Assembly (NCBI GenBank): GCA_903813345.2
Contig: CAIIXF020000001.1
Span: 8,990,001 to 9,054,000 of the forward strand
Source: Owenia fusiformis
Taxonomy: Eukaryota
Direction of reading: 5' to 3'
Length of the DNA stretch: 64,000 bases
The notes below the pieces were generated by a model. That model did not search any database and was not told the DNA's origin. It saw only the letters and a program-made list of their open reading frames with translations. Shown here piece after piece: positions 49,838 to 62,132 of this stretch. Each line of letters opens with the position of its first letter. Within the stretch, counting starts at the first letter, position 1. Made by a program: the position numbers and the translations under genes.

Positions 49838-50731
49838 TAATGGCAAGCTATAGTCGGAGACATTATAAACCTCAACCATCAAAAGTTGTCACAATGAGCT
49901 AAATTCTAAGTCTCAAACTACAGAGCACTCAATTCGCTTATTCACTTATAATTTATGACATGTTTGACAGAATGTCTTTTTCATATTGTTAGTCATTATT
50001 TATGTTCACCACTTCAGACAAAACTCTAATGAAGACTGGGAACTGTTTCACTGAGCTGGAACTGTTTCACTGAGCTGGAACTGTGTTCATTATAAATCCG
50101 ACCGTCGTATGCTGTTATTTGTTGTTACTTTTTCTTATTTGGATATTTCTTTTTTCTTGCATACGATGGCCGTACACACAAGCCGGTTCTATATTGCAGG
50201 AAATGCTTTCCTGGCCTGTCTACCCAACCAAATTGACACAAATGATAAATTAATTTCTTTGCTTCGACTATAAAGTATTTAATCTTACCTTAGGTACGTA
50301 AAACGCTTGGAAATTGAGGAAACATAAGCATGCTGCTTGAATTTTAAAATTTTTTCATTTTGCTTGAATTTTAAAATTTTTTCATTTTGCTTACCAAGGT
50401 CACTTCTGGGTAAATCTGATAGTCTTGATGTAAAACTATATCAAAAACGAAATCATAAGTATTTGTTACACGAAGATTCAGATCGAAGAAAAGCAGTGTC
50501 CTTAAGAAGGGAAGTAACATGGAAAAGTTATTGTTTCAGAAATGAGAAAAGTAAGTAGTATGAGACAACGGCTTTTGAATCTCTGTGTAATAACTTATTA
50601 TGATTCCGTTTCAATACATGTTTACATTTAGACTACCGGAAACAACATTTAGCAACATGGCTGGCGATAATGACAATATACTTCAATTGATTATATTTTG
50701 TCAATTATCAAGCATTTTACATGTCTAAGGT

Positions 50732-51737
50732 CAGGGTTCGAACTTAACTTTTCAGACTGGTAGTGAAAATAGTTCCCGGACATTTTTTCTAGGTAACTAA
50801 ATTCCAAAGTAAGGTAGTTGTTTTTACCGGTTGAAAAAATGTTGATAGACACGGTTTTCCTTCACACTAAAAACAAGTCTATCGATCTGTTGATCTCAAA
50901 TTTATTATTAATTATTATTCCATGATAACATTTGAAACTTCATGCCTTGTTTTCAGAGATAGTGCTAAGAACATGTATCTATCATGTCTATGTGGAATCA
51001 CACCAGGAAACTTTCAGAATAATAGATATAAATATATTTGCCTCAAAAGATAGTATTTTTCTGACTCAAAAGTAAACAGAATTAACTTTAGACCTTAGAA
51101 GAATGTTTCAAGTTAAACAATTCAGAGAAAACTTGTTGTCTTATGAGAACATACACATTGGTAGTCATGTGATCAGACCAAATTATAACAGGCCAATCAT
51201 GTTGTTTCAATATTCAAATTTAAATTTCCCACAATGATAAACATTCCTAAGTGGCTCTAAGTGAAAGGTCAACCTGCTTAATCTATGCAGCTGTTGCGTA
51301 TTAGAGTTTCCCTCCCCAAGATTTTATTTTTTATTTCAAATCTACATGGTGAAATGGGAACTGCAAACTTTATTGAAGGGGGTATGCTTATTGAAAGCAA
51401 TTACTAGTATTTTTCTCAATAGATGTCTCCCTCACACTAATCTGAGAACAGGAAGTTCAAAAAGTATCTTAATAATACAGTGATTTTACCTGAAAATTGC
51501 CGGTTTTTAAGACTTTATTTTAGAAAAATAAGAATCAGTATGGTAAGTCAACACTTTATCTTATGTTTTGAGAAGTTATAGCCTAAAAGCTGAAGTGAAA
51601 GAGGACGAAAAGTGCCAAAGAAAAACATTTCAAAAAAGTCAGGAAACTGTTTTCGTTACTTGGGCATGTTGCTAGGTAGTGATTTGAGAAAATAAAGGAA
51701 CGAATCGTAACTTCCGCAACGCTAATTTAGAACCCTG
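50732..51737. mobile_element. hAT-like element with 5-bp TSD
   Basis: AAGGT|CAGGGTTCGAACTTAAC ... GCTAATTTAGAACCCTG|AAGGT. Confidence 0.8.
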
Positions 51738-51742
51738 AAGGT

Positions 51743-52099
51743 TAGACTATATCCTATTTAGTCTGAATTATATTTAGACTATAAGGCACCTATGGTAAAG
51801 TTTGGTAATATGAAATATTTGTTTACGTAGGAAGTGCTATTCAAAATGGCCGATTGGTAAAATTAATTTGCACATTTGTTACTTCAACTAGCTTTATTTC
51901 CACTTGACAATATGCTGTGTTACTTTTTATTGCATTTAATTGTACCTTACTATTTAATTGAAATTTTGTAATGTTTATTCTATTGAAGAAATAGTTCCTC
52001 TAATTGATAATTTTGTGCAAAAAATTTCACTGCAATTTCCACAGGAAAGTAGTACATCATAACAGACTGACTTCTAGTCAGTCTGTTGGATACATACTA
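51743..52099. mobile_element. ~350-bp element with 10-bp TSD, copy 2
   Basis: Reverse complement of 34010-34360; TGTCTAAGGT at 50722-50731 and 52100-52109. Confidence 0.85.
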
Positions 52100-52829
52100 T
52101 GTCTAAGGTAAGATTTAACACTTTGATGTTGGAGCAAAACAATAAATGGATAGTTTGTGTGACTTTGGTTGGTATGGTTACCCAGACAGGCCAGGAAAGT
52201 GTATCTACGACCGTGTATGCTAAGAAAATGATAAAAATAAATATCCAAATAAGAACAGAAACATTGAAGAACAGCATACAACGGTCGGATTTATATGACT
52301 AGTGCCCATGAACAAAAATGTGAATTATGAGATGGGATTTTTAACTGCGAACTTCATCCATCAGAATATTAGATTCAGAATCGAATGTGAGAGAGAGTCA
52401 ATCAATCATTGAAATAATTTCCAAAAATTGAAACGCATGAAATCAATGTTATAGCTGACAAGCCTGATGGAATATTGACATGGGCTAAGAAAGTATGTTG
52501 ACCTGCAATTAACGAGTACCTTTAATTTGTTTGAAATACCTTTATAAATACACAAAAAACGTCGAAACCCTACCTAATTTTTTTTCAATCTTTGAACCGG
52601 AAGTTCAGAAATGCGGTACAAATACGAACGTGGGTTGATTGTGTTCTCAAACGCCCCACTGACTTAAGGTGCCATGGTACAATGTACTTAACAAAAAATG
52701 ACAAAACAGGCCCCTGAAAATTTGACTAGATAATAGCTAAAACTAGCACCTCAGGAAAGGTCACTGAAAAGAATCTTTTGAATTTTTCAGAAAATGTGCC
52801 CAATATATTACTCGCTTAATTACATGTAA

Positions 52830-53228
52830 GGTACACCTGGAAAATAACATTTTGGTTAAAAATTGCAATACCTGCACATGTTATTTTCTGGTACAAAATA
52901 AAGCATGAAGGCATGTATCAATTTCCTTGCTTTTTTCAGGAAAGTATCATTACATTGTCTTCTTTTAGTATATCTGGTAGGCGTTCAATGGGAACTCCAG
53001 GAAATTCTGATATTTCAGTTTTCACACTTTCTATTTTTTCAAATTTTCTTTCAAAGTTTCCAGACAACACAGGAGCTACCATTGACCTGTTTCCAGGTTT
53101 ACTAAAAGTAGACAGTGTAATGATACTTTCTTGAAAAAAACACACATGCCTTCATACTTAATTTTGTACCAGAAAATAACATGTGCAGGTGTGCAATTTT
53201 TACCAAAATGTTGCTTTCCAGCTGAGCC
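52830..53228. mobile_element. Palindromic MITE with ~135-bp arms (Kolobok-like termini)
   Basis: GTAA|GGTACACCTGGAAA ... TTTCCAGCTGAGCC|TTAA; arms include CCTGCACATGTTATTTTCTGGTACAAAAT and its reverse complement. Confidence 0.75.
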
Positions 53229-53479
53229 TTAACTGATAATATCTTAGAAATTTTAGAAAATTGTGTGAAACAAAAATGGCGGTCATAAAAGGAAAATAGA
53301 TCGCTTTTCAATTCATTCTTTCTTTTTCTACAAATAATATCAAATTTTGTGTTCCCATACCAACCAAAATAATGCTCAAAAGCCATACCATATGTCCAAA
53401 TATAAGACCATTGCCATACCAAATGTCCAAATATAGGACCAATGCCATACCAAATGTCTAATAAATATACATGTAGGAC

Positions 53480-53539
53480 CTTACTTTATTTACACAAGTC
53501 TCCATCTCTCTAAAGATGGCTTTGTGCAAATAAAGTAAG
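53480..53539. mobile_element. 60-bp hairpin insertion with 6-bp TSD
   Basis: TAGGAC|CTTACTTTATTT...AAATAAAGTAAG|TAGGAC, interrupting a short ATAGGACCAATGCCATACC repeat. Confidence 0.65.
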
Positions 53540-54941
53540 TAGGACCAATGCCGAACCACACATTAAAGAAAACTAAAATTCAAACTGAATGCCCCAAGAA
53601 GGCAGATCTTTGAGGAAAACGATCCAAAACGACCTCAAATTAAGGATATGTGTAGCTACGAGACCAATGTCACACCCCAAGTTTAAGTTTACATATTTTC
53701 AACGACCATTCTCAAACCAGAAAATGGAAAAATCCGATCATTGCCATACCTCAAGTCATAATTTTGGGGGGCATTCTCATACCAGATCCTAATAAAATTT
53801 GGGTCCAACATCATACTTATACTATATTGTCCTTCCCTTTTCAATCGTAATAAAAATTTAAAAACAATTGGAATTCATTGAATAATTAGATTTTATTTTA
53901 TATATTAGTTCATATATGTACAGTTCTTTAAAATATAGAATATACACTCATATTTAATATATATCCCAAAACAAACATTTAATTTTCATATGTCATATAA
54001 CATACTGAAGTTTAGAATGTTTATCAAATATTTTAAGGCCCTTACAAAAATAACTGTTTAACAGTGACCATTGATCTAGACTAGTTTAAAACATCTTTTC
54101 AATATTAGAATAAAAGAAAAAAATCCTACTAAACAGCTAATATACCTGAAAGGGCCTTACATTTTCTTCTATTTATTACCATGGGCTTTCAACTACCCAT
54201 GTTATTACTAAATACATATGTACATGTTATGTAAAGATAGCATGAGTATTTTGAGCAAGATGCATTCCCTTTTACATAAGCTGTCTTAGTTCACTATATA
54301 CAACAAGACTAGTGTTAAATATCTACACACAATTCATTTCATAGCCTTGCCCAAGTCGGTCTCTTTTACTTATTTTGATTTCTATTATTTCGGTAATAAT
54401 TCAAGATCAAATAAGTAAAAAATACCGAATTGGGCTATTCATTTTACCAAGAACTTGAAAAGCCATGTTTTTATTACAGTTTTTGATTCTTGTTGCACCT
54501 AAAAAGGAACAATATTGTTGACAGCTTGGGGAGTGAGTGGTGGAGTCTCACTTCGACATTAACTAACATTGTTTGGAAAACATTTTGTACTAGCTATGAT
54601 AGCTATTTATGTTACTCCATAAATAAAGTATTACAATATTCTCACTGTTTTGACTGCATATTTTCAGGTGGGTTACAAGTTAATAGTTAAGATGTGTTAA
54701 TTTGAACATGGTTTAGAAAACACATTTTAAGCATGTAATATATGTAATCCTTCCAAAGGATATACAAACCCATAAACTAAAATGGTCAAACTGAAATGAC
54801 CAAGGACCACCATGAATATAACCCCTAATGCAGACATGACTAGATAATGTTCATTAAACAAAAAATAGTTATAGCTATTGCACCATGTACTATTCATTTT
54901 CTCTGACTGCTTTAACCTAGAATATTAACAAACAACTTTAA

Positions 54942-55246
54942 CCCTTTCACGCCAATAGGCCCCATATGGAGCCCTATTATGTAATACCTTTCAGAACGAT
55001 ACGCTCCTCTTGGCATCATTATTTTTATTGATATACATCAATGAAATGACAATATCTCCAGTTCTATTCAGTATTTTTACACCAAATTTTGACAAGTTGT
55101 TTTTATGTGATCATCCTTACTAAAAATTGTATTTCAGTGATAAAATTCAAGGTATAGGTCCCGGGGCGCAGTTTTCCGCTAAAAACGCTCTTACTTATCT
55201 GTCACCAGGGACAACTTTTTCCTCTTTTAATCATGTCGGGAAAGGG
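54942..55246. mobile_element. piggyBac-like MITE
   Basis: TTAA|CCCTTTC ... GAAAGGG|TTAA. Confidence 0.7.
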
Positions 55247-55331
55247 TTAAGCATCTAAGAACACATATACGATGATGGGTATTAGAAAACATTAATAAAC
55301 TATGAATTAATTAATACATTAATACACTACA

Positions 55332-55538
55332 CAGTGATCTCAACAGGATATTTTCTCAAGTGGGTGCAAAATTCTCATTTTCACAATTCAGATAAAAATT
55401 GGTCAAAATATGCCAATTTTTCATGATTTTTTTTCATTTTCAAGTGGGTGCAAATGGATTTTCAGGTGGGTGCAAGTTAATTTTCAAAATCTCAGGTGGG
55501 TGCTGGGCCCACTTGTTTTAATGCTGGGGAGATCACTG
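55332..55538. mobile_element. hAT-like MITE with 5-bp TSD
   Basis: CTACA|CAGTGATCTC ... GAGATCACTG|CTACA; homologous to 46827-47026. Confidence 0.8.
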
Positions 55539-56002
55539 CTACACGTATTCAATTCATCACAACACAACACTATACTCATGGTAATGGTAAATAAACTACA
55601 TTGTACACTTTTATCAAAATACATTTTGTGTAATCTAAGTGTTGCATAAGCACGGGAAGGAGAATGTTCAGTGAGTTTTAATTTGAACCAGCTGTTTATG
55701 TCAGCATAAAGAAAATGGTCATGCCAACTGGTACATAATGAAATTTTGCCATGTAGATAAGATGCAGTGATGTAACCACTTCCTTTTCCCTACTGACTCA
55801 TATAGTCTATTCCAAGTCCTTTGTGTAGGTCTACAATCGATACAGCCTTTATTCATTACATTTTATAACGGAACAGATTCTCATGAAACTTCATCAGAAA
55901 CAAGTATTTTTAATCTGGCTTCAAATGATGGCTTTTTTGTCAAGTCAGAAATCTCGAATGGTTGATAGACTTGGAAATATTTCATCAAATTTCCATAGAT
56001 TT

Positions 56003-59000
56003 TCAACGCCTCTTTGTACCACCAAATCCTGAAAATAATGTACAAAAGTGAAATACACACAACATTAATATATCAATTCTACTACAAATTGAATATGTTT
56101 TTACAATTATTACCATCATGGAAAACAAATCAAGGATGTTGAATTCAGTTCTTTAACAATTTCCAGTTGTTTAGAAGAATAACTAGACAATGGCAACTCC
56201 GCGGAGTAGCAAATCCCAACGAACAAAATATCAATTACTGAATTCCAATCAATTATACTCATTACTTTGGTTAAAATTGAAAAATTTAGATTTTAGAATT
56301 GCAAATTCCTGCAAAGCAGCCATTTTGAATTTTCTGAGGTACAAATCTGTAGAATAATACCATAATTGTAATCTACTCCAAAATTCCTTCAATTTGAGTA
56401 TAATATAGCCATACTTTGAAGGGATCGAAAAATTATTGCGAAATCGTACATTAGACGGCCATTTTGAATTTTACGAGGCTCGAATCAGAAAAAAGATACA
56501 ATATTTGCAATCTACTCTTAATTGCCTTTCATTTGAGTATAATAAAGCTATACTTCAGAAAGATCTAAAAATTAGCGAAAATTACTGTTTTCCTGACCCC
56601 CCATACACAGCCCCTGGGGGTCAGGATGAAAAACACGGAATATATGTGAAATAGATAGATGTTGCGAATATACTACCAAAATTTCAAACAATAATATTAA
56701 TTACTTTGGTTTAGAATGAAAAATTTATGGTTTTTGCGTACAACTATTCACCAATATACATCTTTCCACTAAATATGAAGAAAGTCCGTGAACTCGTATT
56801 TGAGTTATCTTCCGGACGGACGGACTGACTGACTGACTGACGGACTGACGGACGGAGGGCTTCACTATATCCCTACCGAACTTCGTTCGTTGGGATAAAA
56901 ATGTACAATCACACAAATGATTTAAGTGATAATGCATCATGAATGACAATGAATCATTCATTCAAATTCTGTAACTGCTGATATTAGACATATTTTTTTT
57001 CGAATCAATACTATGTAAAAATATTATTAGTAAATTCAGAATGAGAACATTTAAACTAACCTGATGCAGTCCTGGTGCCTGAAGAGCCCGAAAACATGGA
57101 GCCTCCACCTGATGATGTGCTTCGTCCTGAGCCGAACCAGCTTGAGCTGCCTCCACTGTTACCCCAATTAGATCCTGACCCCCAACCTCTGCTGCTAGAG
57201 CCCCAGCCACTACCCCAACCAGATCCCCAGCCTCGTCTACTACCCCATCCATTTCCCCAACGAGATCCACATCCATCATGATTTCCATAGTTATTCCCAT
57301 AGTTGTTGCCATAGTAACCATTGTTTCCCCGGCTACCGAACAGATATCCTAATACACCTCCAGAGCCAAACCCTGTCCAGAACCCCCCTCCAGTGTTGCC
57401 AGGTTGAGAGTTGGGGTTTGGTCCAGTTCTAGTACCAGTTCCAGCATAGGTATTGTAATTGGCACCTGCAATTGCAAAGGTCAATAAATGTATGATTTTG
57501 ATTTACACATTAATTTTCTTGTATTCAATTTCCGAGGAATTTTAAGCTTTCTGAAAAAGGTTGGGCTAAATCACCATTTTCATTTATAGAATTTTGAAAG
57601 AAAAGTGCTATGTCATCAGCTAAACCTCTGGAATAGCGTACAGGTTAAACATATGCAATGTACCTACCAGTACTCTCACTATATGAAGGTGGTGGCCCCT
57701 GTGGAGCCTGACTATACTCTGGTTTGAACCCAGGTGGTGGGGGTGCAGAGGGCCCCTGGTTATTGCCTCTTGGATACTGCTGGCCTGGACCCTGTTGATT
57801 GTCATCCGGTTGGCTGGGGGCTATACACTTAGAATATATACCATAGATGATAACTACTACTATGGCCAGGACAAGGATGTCACCAAGCCAGGATGACTTT
57901 TTATGTTTCCTTGCTGGATATCTGAAAAATACAGAGGAAGTATATGACTATAAATAAACCTGTAATATCATTTAAAGTGCACATGGTTATACAGAAGGTA
58001 CTAAATTCCACAGATCAAATTCTAGTGCTCAATTTTAATAACTATGCAACTGCAACAGATACATATAATACATGTATAGAAAACTCTGATTCTTCCCAGG
58101 TTCCATTCCTTTTGTATATAAGATCGGAAAATCAGACAATATTCTTTTAAATTCAAGAAACACCTACTCATAATTTCCATTGTCGTATTGGTGGTTGTTG
58201 TGCTGACTGTACTGACTATTTCTGTCTTTCTTCTCAAATCCCTCTTTTGTATATTCCAATGTATATTCAAGCTAAAAAGTTGAAAAGTTTAATGATAAAT
58301 GAACAGAATGAGACATAATATAGCTAGCTACCTATTCTTTTTCAGAAAAAATATTGTTTAGGTTTAATACTGAAAAATATGGCAAATATGGTACTTCTAG
58401 TATTGCTGAAATGTGAATAATTAAAAAGGTAAAATATTGGGCTTAGTTGAGAAAAATATACAATATTCTGAGAGAAGGTAGGAACAATAGATTCAAATGG
58501 TTCAATCCCTTTAAGAATAGCATTATCGGAAATATCAAACATAAACATCATCCATGCCATGATTTATAACTTTTTAAGCTGAAATTATTTCTTGAATCTT
58601 CAATTAAAAAACACTCACTCCACATGAACCTCGTAGAATGTATGGGTCATCTGGGTAATCGAATCCTTCACAGGAGACCTCCACTCGACCAAATCTAAAC
58701 TCATTGTCCATATCTGCCTTGCATTCCCACTGAAGTTAGAATTACATTTATCATTTATGCATGTTTTGATTAACAGATTAAATCTAAATGATAATAAAAA
58801 TCAATATATTTTGTTCTACTCTGGGACTGTTGGATACTGTATAACTAAACACTGCATGGGATAATATACCCTCAACAAACATTAAACAATTTTATAAGTT
58901 AATCAGTGCATTCAATTATATGTATATCTTCAGTCTATATGAACCATAATATGAACACATATTTCAAGCTAAATTTACCTGAACATCATGTCCATCTGAT

Positions 59001-59348
59001 CCTCTATTGTAACACTGTACAACTTGAGGTTGGAATTTTCCGGCTGCACTTCCACCAACACATTTCATCTAAATGATAACAAACCATCATGTACTAAATC
59101 TATGAGAAAATAATCAGTTGATAATAATTATAAGCATGTGCTTTCTCTTGACTAGACTTATACTGTAATAATAAGTAATGTAAATGTATTTATTACTTCA
59201 GACATATTTTTATGAAAAAATCATTTGCATCTTTCTTCTACAATAGGTGAGATACAAACCTGTGGTATAGGGCTACTTCTTCTAGCTGTTGTCATCTGGC
59301 CTTGATACAATGTGATAACATTGAGATCCCTCAATAGTACACGGTCTC
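56003..59348 (-). CDS. SARAF: Store-operated calcium entry-associated regulatory factor (TMEM66), signal-peptide exon not located
   Basis: Exons ~59348-59260 (DRVLLRD..TTARRSSPIPQ), 59068-58978 (KCVGGSA..VVQCYNRGSDGHDVQ), 58729-58619 (WECKADMD..CEGFDYPDDPYILRGSCG), 58270-58168 (LEYTLE), 57921-57668 (TM + PPPPGFK), 57464-57061 (GFWTG..LGYLFG..TRTAS), 56028-56003 (GFGGTKRR*). Confidence 0.95.
56181..56901 (+). mobile_element. Non-autonomous Helentron-like element (family of 21928-22840) in the last SARAF intron
   Basis: Sub-TIR ATCCCAACGAAC / GTTCGTTGGGAT; (ACGG/ACTG)n ~56812-56856; 3' end CTATATCCCT.CCGAACTTC. Confidence 0.78.
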
Positions 59349-59724
59349 CTGTTAAAATATAACAATTTCACAAATTATCATTGCCCATGATTGTAGTTAT
59401 AATTACTATACTATACTCCAAGAACTTTCATCAGCGCAAAAAAACTCACGTGACATTTGTTTTGTAAGTGGTATGAGGAAAGTAGTATTTAAAAATAACA
59501 TTTTCCTACTTTGTAGAAGTATGGCTCATGTACATGTATTGATTTGGTTATAGCTAGAATGACTGTGTCAGCGACCGCTGACAAATTACAATATTGAAAC
59601 AAAAATTGAATTATATTTTTTAGCAGTTTCAGAAAATCGGTGGTATAATCACATTCCAAGACCAACAAATAAATTCTCGCCATAAATGTTAAAATATCTT
59701 TTTTCATTCTTGGGATATTTTTCT

Positions 59725-60631
59725 GGGTTTGTGTAAAAAACCGGGTGACCAACTTTCAAAGTTCCACATTTTCCCCGATATATAGTAGCGAATTGTCTTG
59801 ATAGACTTAGCCTACCGAGTGCACTGCTGTTCGATATTTTTACCCTATACGAGACAGAGCACTTTTTAAAATAACTGATCCAGCAAACAGTGACGTCCAT
59901 GTCACTTGCTCATAAGTAGCATATAAGTTCCTAGACGACGTTGCACATTTTCGTTCTTTACACATGGAGGCAACGTAAACATGAGACATCTATTGATGGC
60001 ATAAAAAGAACGTTGTTGTAACGTGTCCGTAAAGTTCGTTAGTGTGGAAAACATAACAAACAGGAACGTTTGATTTTTTACTACATTGGTCCATATGTGA
60101 CGTAACTCAAACATTAACATTCAACGTTGTCAAAACAGGATTTTAATATCAAAATATTTGTTGGTGGAAAAAAACATGTCAAAAACTTTGTGTTCTCACT
60201 AAGTCGGTTCATTTCCGACGTATTGTTAACGTTAAATTTTAACGTTGTTGAAACGTGACGTCAATAAAAAACGTGACGTCAATAATGACGTTCATGGGCC
60301 GTATTGATCTGACGTTATTTAAATATTCAGCAAAACGTTGATGGATGGTTGAATTTCAACATTGTGGAAATGGCTTCAAAATATTTGTGAGTTAAGGAAA
60401 CGTTACAAAGACATCAATATGTTCGCACTAAATCGGTTCATTACCGACGTTATTTTAACGTTAAAAGTTAACGTTGTCAAAACGTTCTTACGATGTGAAA
60501 TAACCTGACGTGATGTCAAAAATAATGCACATGTAACGTCCAGATCCAACGTTATAAATAAAAAAATTCCTAACCCTGCTAGGAACGTTAAGTACCCAGT
60601 TACCCGGTTACCCGTTTTTTTACACAAACCC
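59725..60631. mobile_element. Mutator-like non-autonomous element, 9-bp TSD
   Basis: TATTTTTCT|GGGTTTGTGTAAAAAA ... TTTTTTACACAAACCC|TATTTTTCT; AACGTT-rich interior with a ~230-bp-period direct repeat. Confidence 0.8.
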
Positions 60632-60848
60632 TATTTTTCTCACCATGTCAGCCTTACAGGAAGTTTTTGAATAGGATGACATGATATGCAATTCGATGGC
60701 CTGAGATTTGAGAAATTATAAATTTTTGTTTTTCGTAAAATTTATATTATTTGAACTTTGTCAATTTAACATGTATCTCTATGGAGAAAAATAGGTTTGT
60801 GTTCCTCTAATATAGTCTTTCATAAATAAATACAGCGTGGCTCTAGAT

Positions 60849-61296
60849 TAGTATTCTCGCGATGTGCCATAATGGTACATCGATGCATCGGCAATTTTCA
60901 GTGGTAAACATCGATGCACATCGCGATGTACATCGAGAAAAAGTCTGAGAAAAGTGCACTGAAATACCGAACGCTAATGCACTAAAATACCGAACATCCG
61001 GTACATCCGGGAACTTCTAGTAAGGGTAAAATGAAAGTAAAGTATTTTTTTAGATTAATGGTTCATTTCGACTAGCTAAAACAGTTTTAAAGCGAAAGAA
61101 TATCAGAAAACATTGGAAAATGAAATAAGACATGAGAAAGGTATGCGATTTGCGTCAAGATAAGATAAGAAAGGGTGATTTTTAGCAAATTAATTTTTTT
61201 TAAAAACATCAATGTTTTGTTTCAGACATTGATGCATTGCCAAAATCAGCTTTGGCGATGTATATCGCGATGTATCGATTAATCGCGACAACACTA
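60849..61296. mobile_element. hAT MITE, 8-bp TSD CTCTAGAT
   Basis: CTCTAGAT|TAGTATTCTCGCGAT ... ATCGCGACAACACTA|CTCTAGAT; NTCTAGAN is the Charlie/Buster-type target; ATCGAT subterminal repeats. Confidence 0.85.
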
Positions 61297-61852
61297 CTCT
61301 AGATTACAGCTAACCAAACTCGTCTGGCCCAGTTATCTACTCCCCAATTCTGAAATGTCGTAACAATGTCATGTAACAGTTTGGCCTTTTTTGTGGATAT
61401 GTGGTAGTGTGGCTAATAAAAAGACCACTGTTTAGTAAACGGTGTTTACTTGTGGATTGCACGGCACACGTTAAATGTGCTTTGTCCCTAAAGAAATAAA
61501 CAGAATATATAATTTTATATATATATAATACAAAACAATATATTGTGGCGTTTATAAGCCCAAATAAGATGTACATGCAATTTCAAATGTAATGTAAGAA
61601 TATTACGGTGTTATTATTTCTCTTAAAACTCACAACTCAAAAGTCCATATGAGCTAATAATAATTATCACTGATAAAATAATATCCAGAGTCCATATAAA
61701 CTGATGATCACTATATAACACTGTTGTATTCCGAATATGCAAAGTTCATGTAAATTGTACCACTTGTACGTCTTGTATTGTTATTGTATCTTGAACCTGG
61801 AATAGTAAGCTGAGCGTAACAAAGTCTTGTCTCCTAATTTTGGGAAGCAACT

Positions 61853-62059
61853 TTACACAAAATTCATAGTACTCATGCTGAAGCTTGGTGTGGATTTTAA
61901 AGCAGGGGTTGGCGTAGGGGGTATTGGAACTGCTGGAACAGGCGCTTCTTCGTTTTGAATCTTAATACACACCTGGGAGCATATGACTGACATCAGACAT
62001 AAAAGTACAAATAAAATTCCACCCACGACCAAGATGATGAAGGGGATATCCAGTTCCAT
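61853..62059 (-). CDS. Putative small single-pass membrane protein (68 aa from the first ATG)
   Basis: MELDIPFIILVVGGILFVLLCLMSVICSQVCIKIQNEEAPVPAVPIPPTPTPALKSTPSFSMSTMNFV*: ~22-aa hydrophobic helix, juxtamembrane Cys, Pro-rich tail; the frame stays open upstream to 62161. Confidence 0.5.
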   Translation of the reverse strand: MELDIPFIILVVGGILFVLLCLMSVICSQVCIKIQNEEAPVPAVPIPPTPTPALKSTPSFSMSTMNFV

Positions 62060-62132
62060 CCACTGTAAACTCAGCAACTGTCTTGTGTCTTGCTTCCAAT
62101 GAAAATACTGATTCTCTTCATGTTGTTGTAGT

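Larger units (their letters stand above)
50091..52295. mobile_element. Old long-TIR (~240 bp) element whose right arm is split by two insertions
   Basis: 50091-50330 mirrors 50688-50731 plus 52110-52295 (e.g. TAAATCCGACCGT.GTATGCTGTT, TTTCCTGGCCTGTCT, AATCTTACCTTAG). No TSD seen. Confidence 0.7.

Noticed and set aside
50657..50731. Short + strand ORF MAGDNDNILQ... as a new gene divergent from PEX14
   Set aside because: It stops after 23 codons, lies in a TIR arm, and no downstream exons were found.
52905..53422. Cluster of mutually similar ORFs on both strands
   Set aside because: Artefact of the palindromic MITE 52830-53228.
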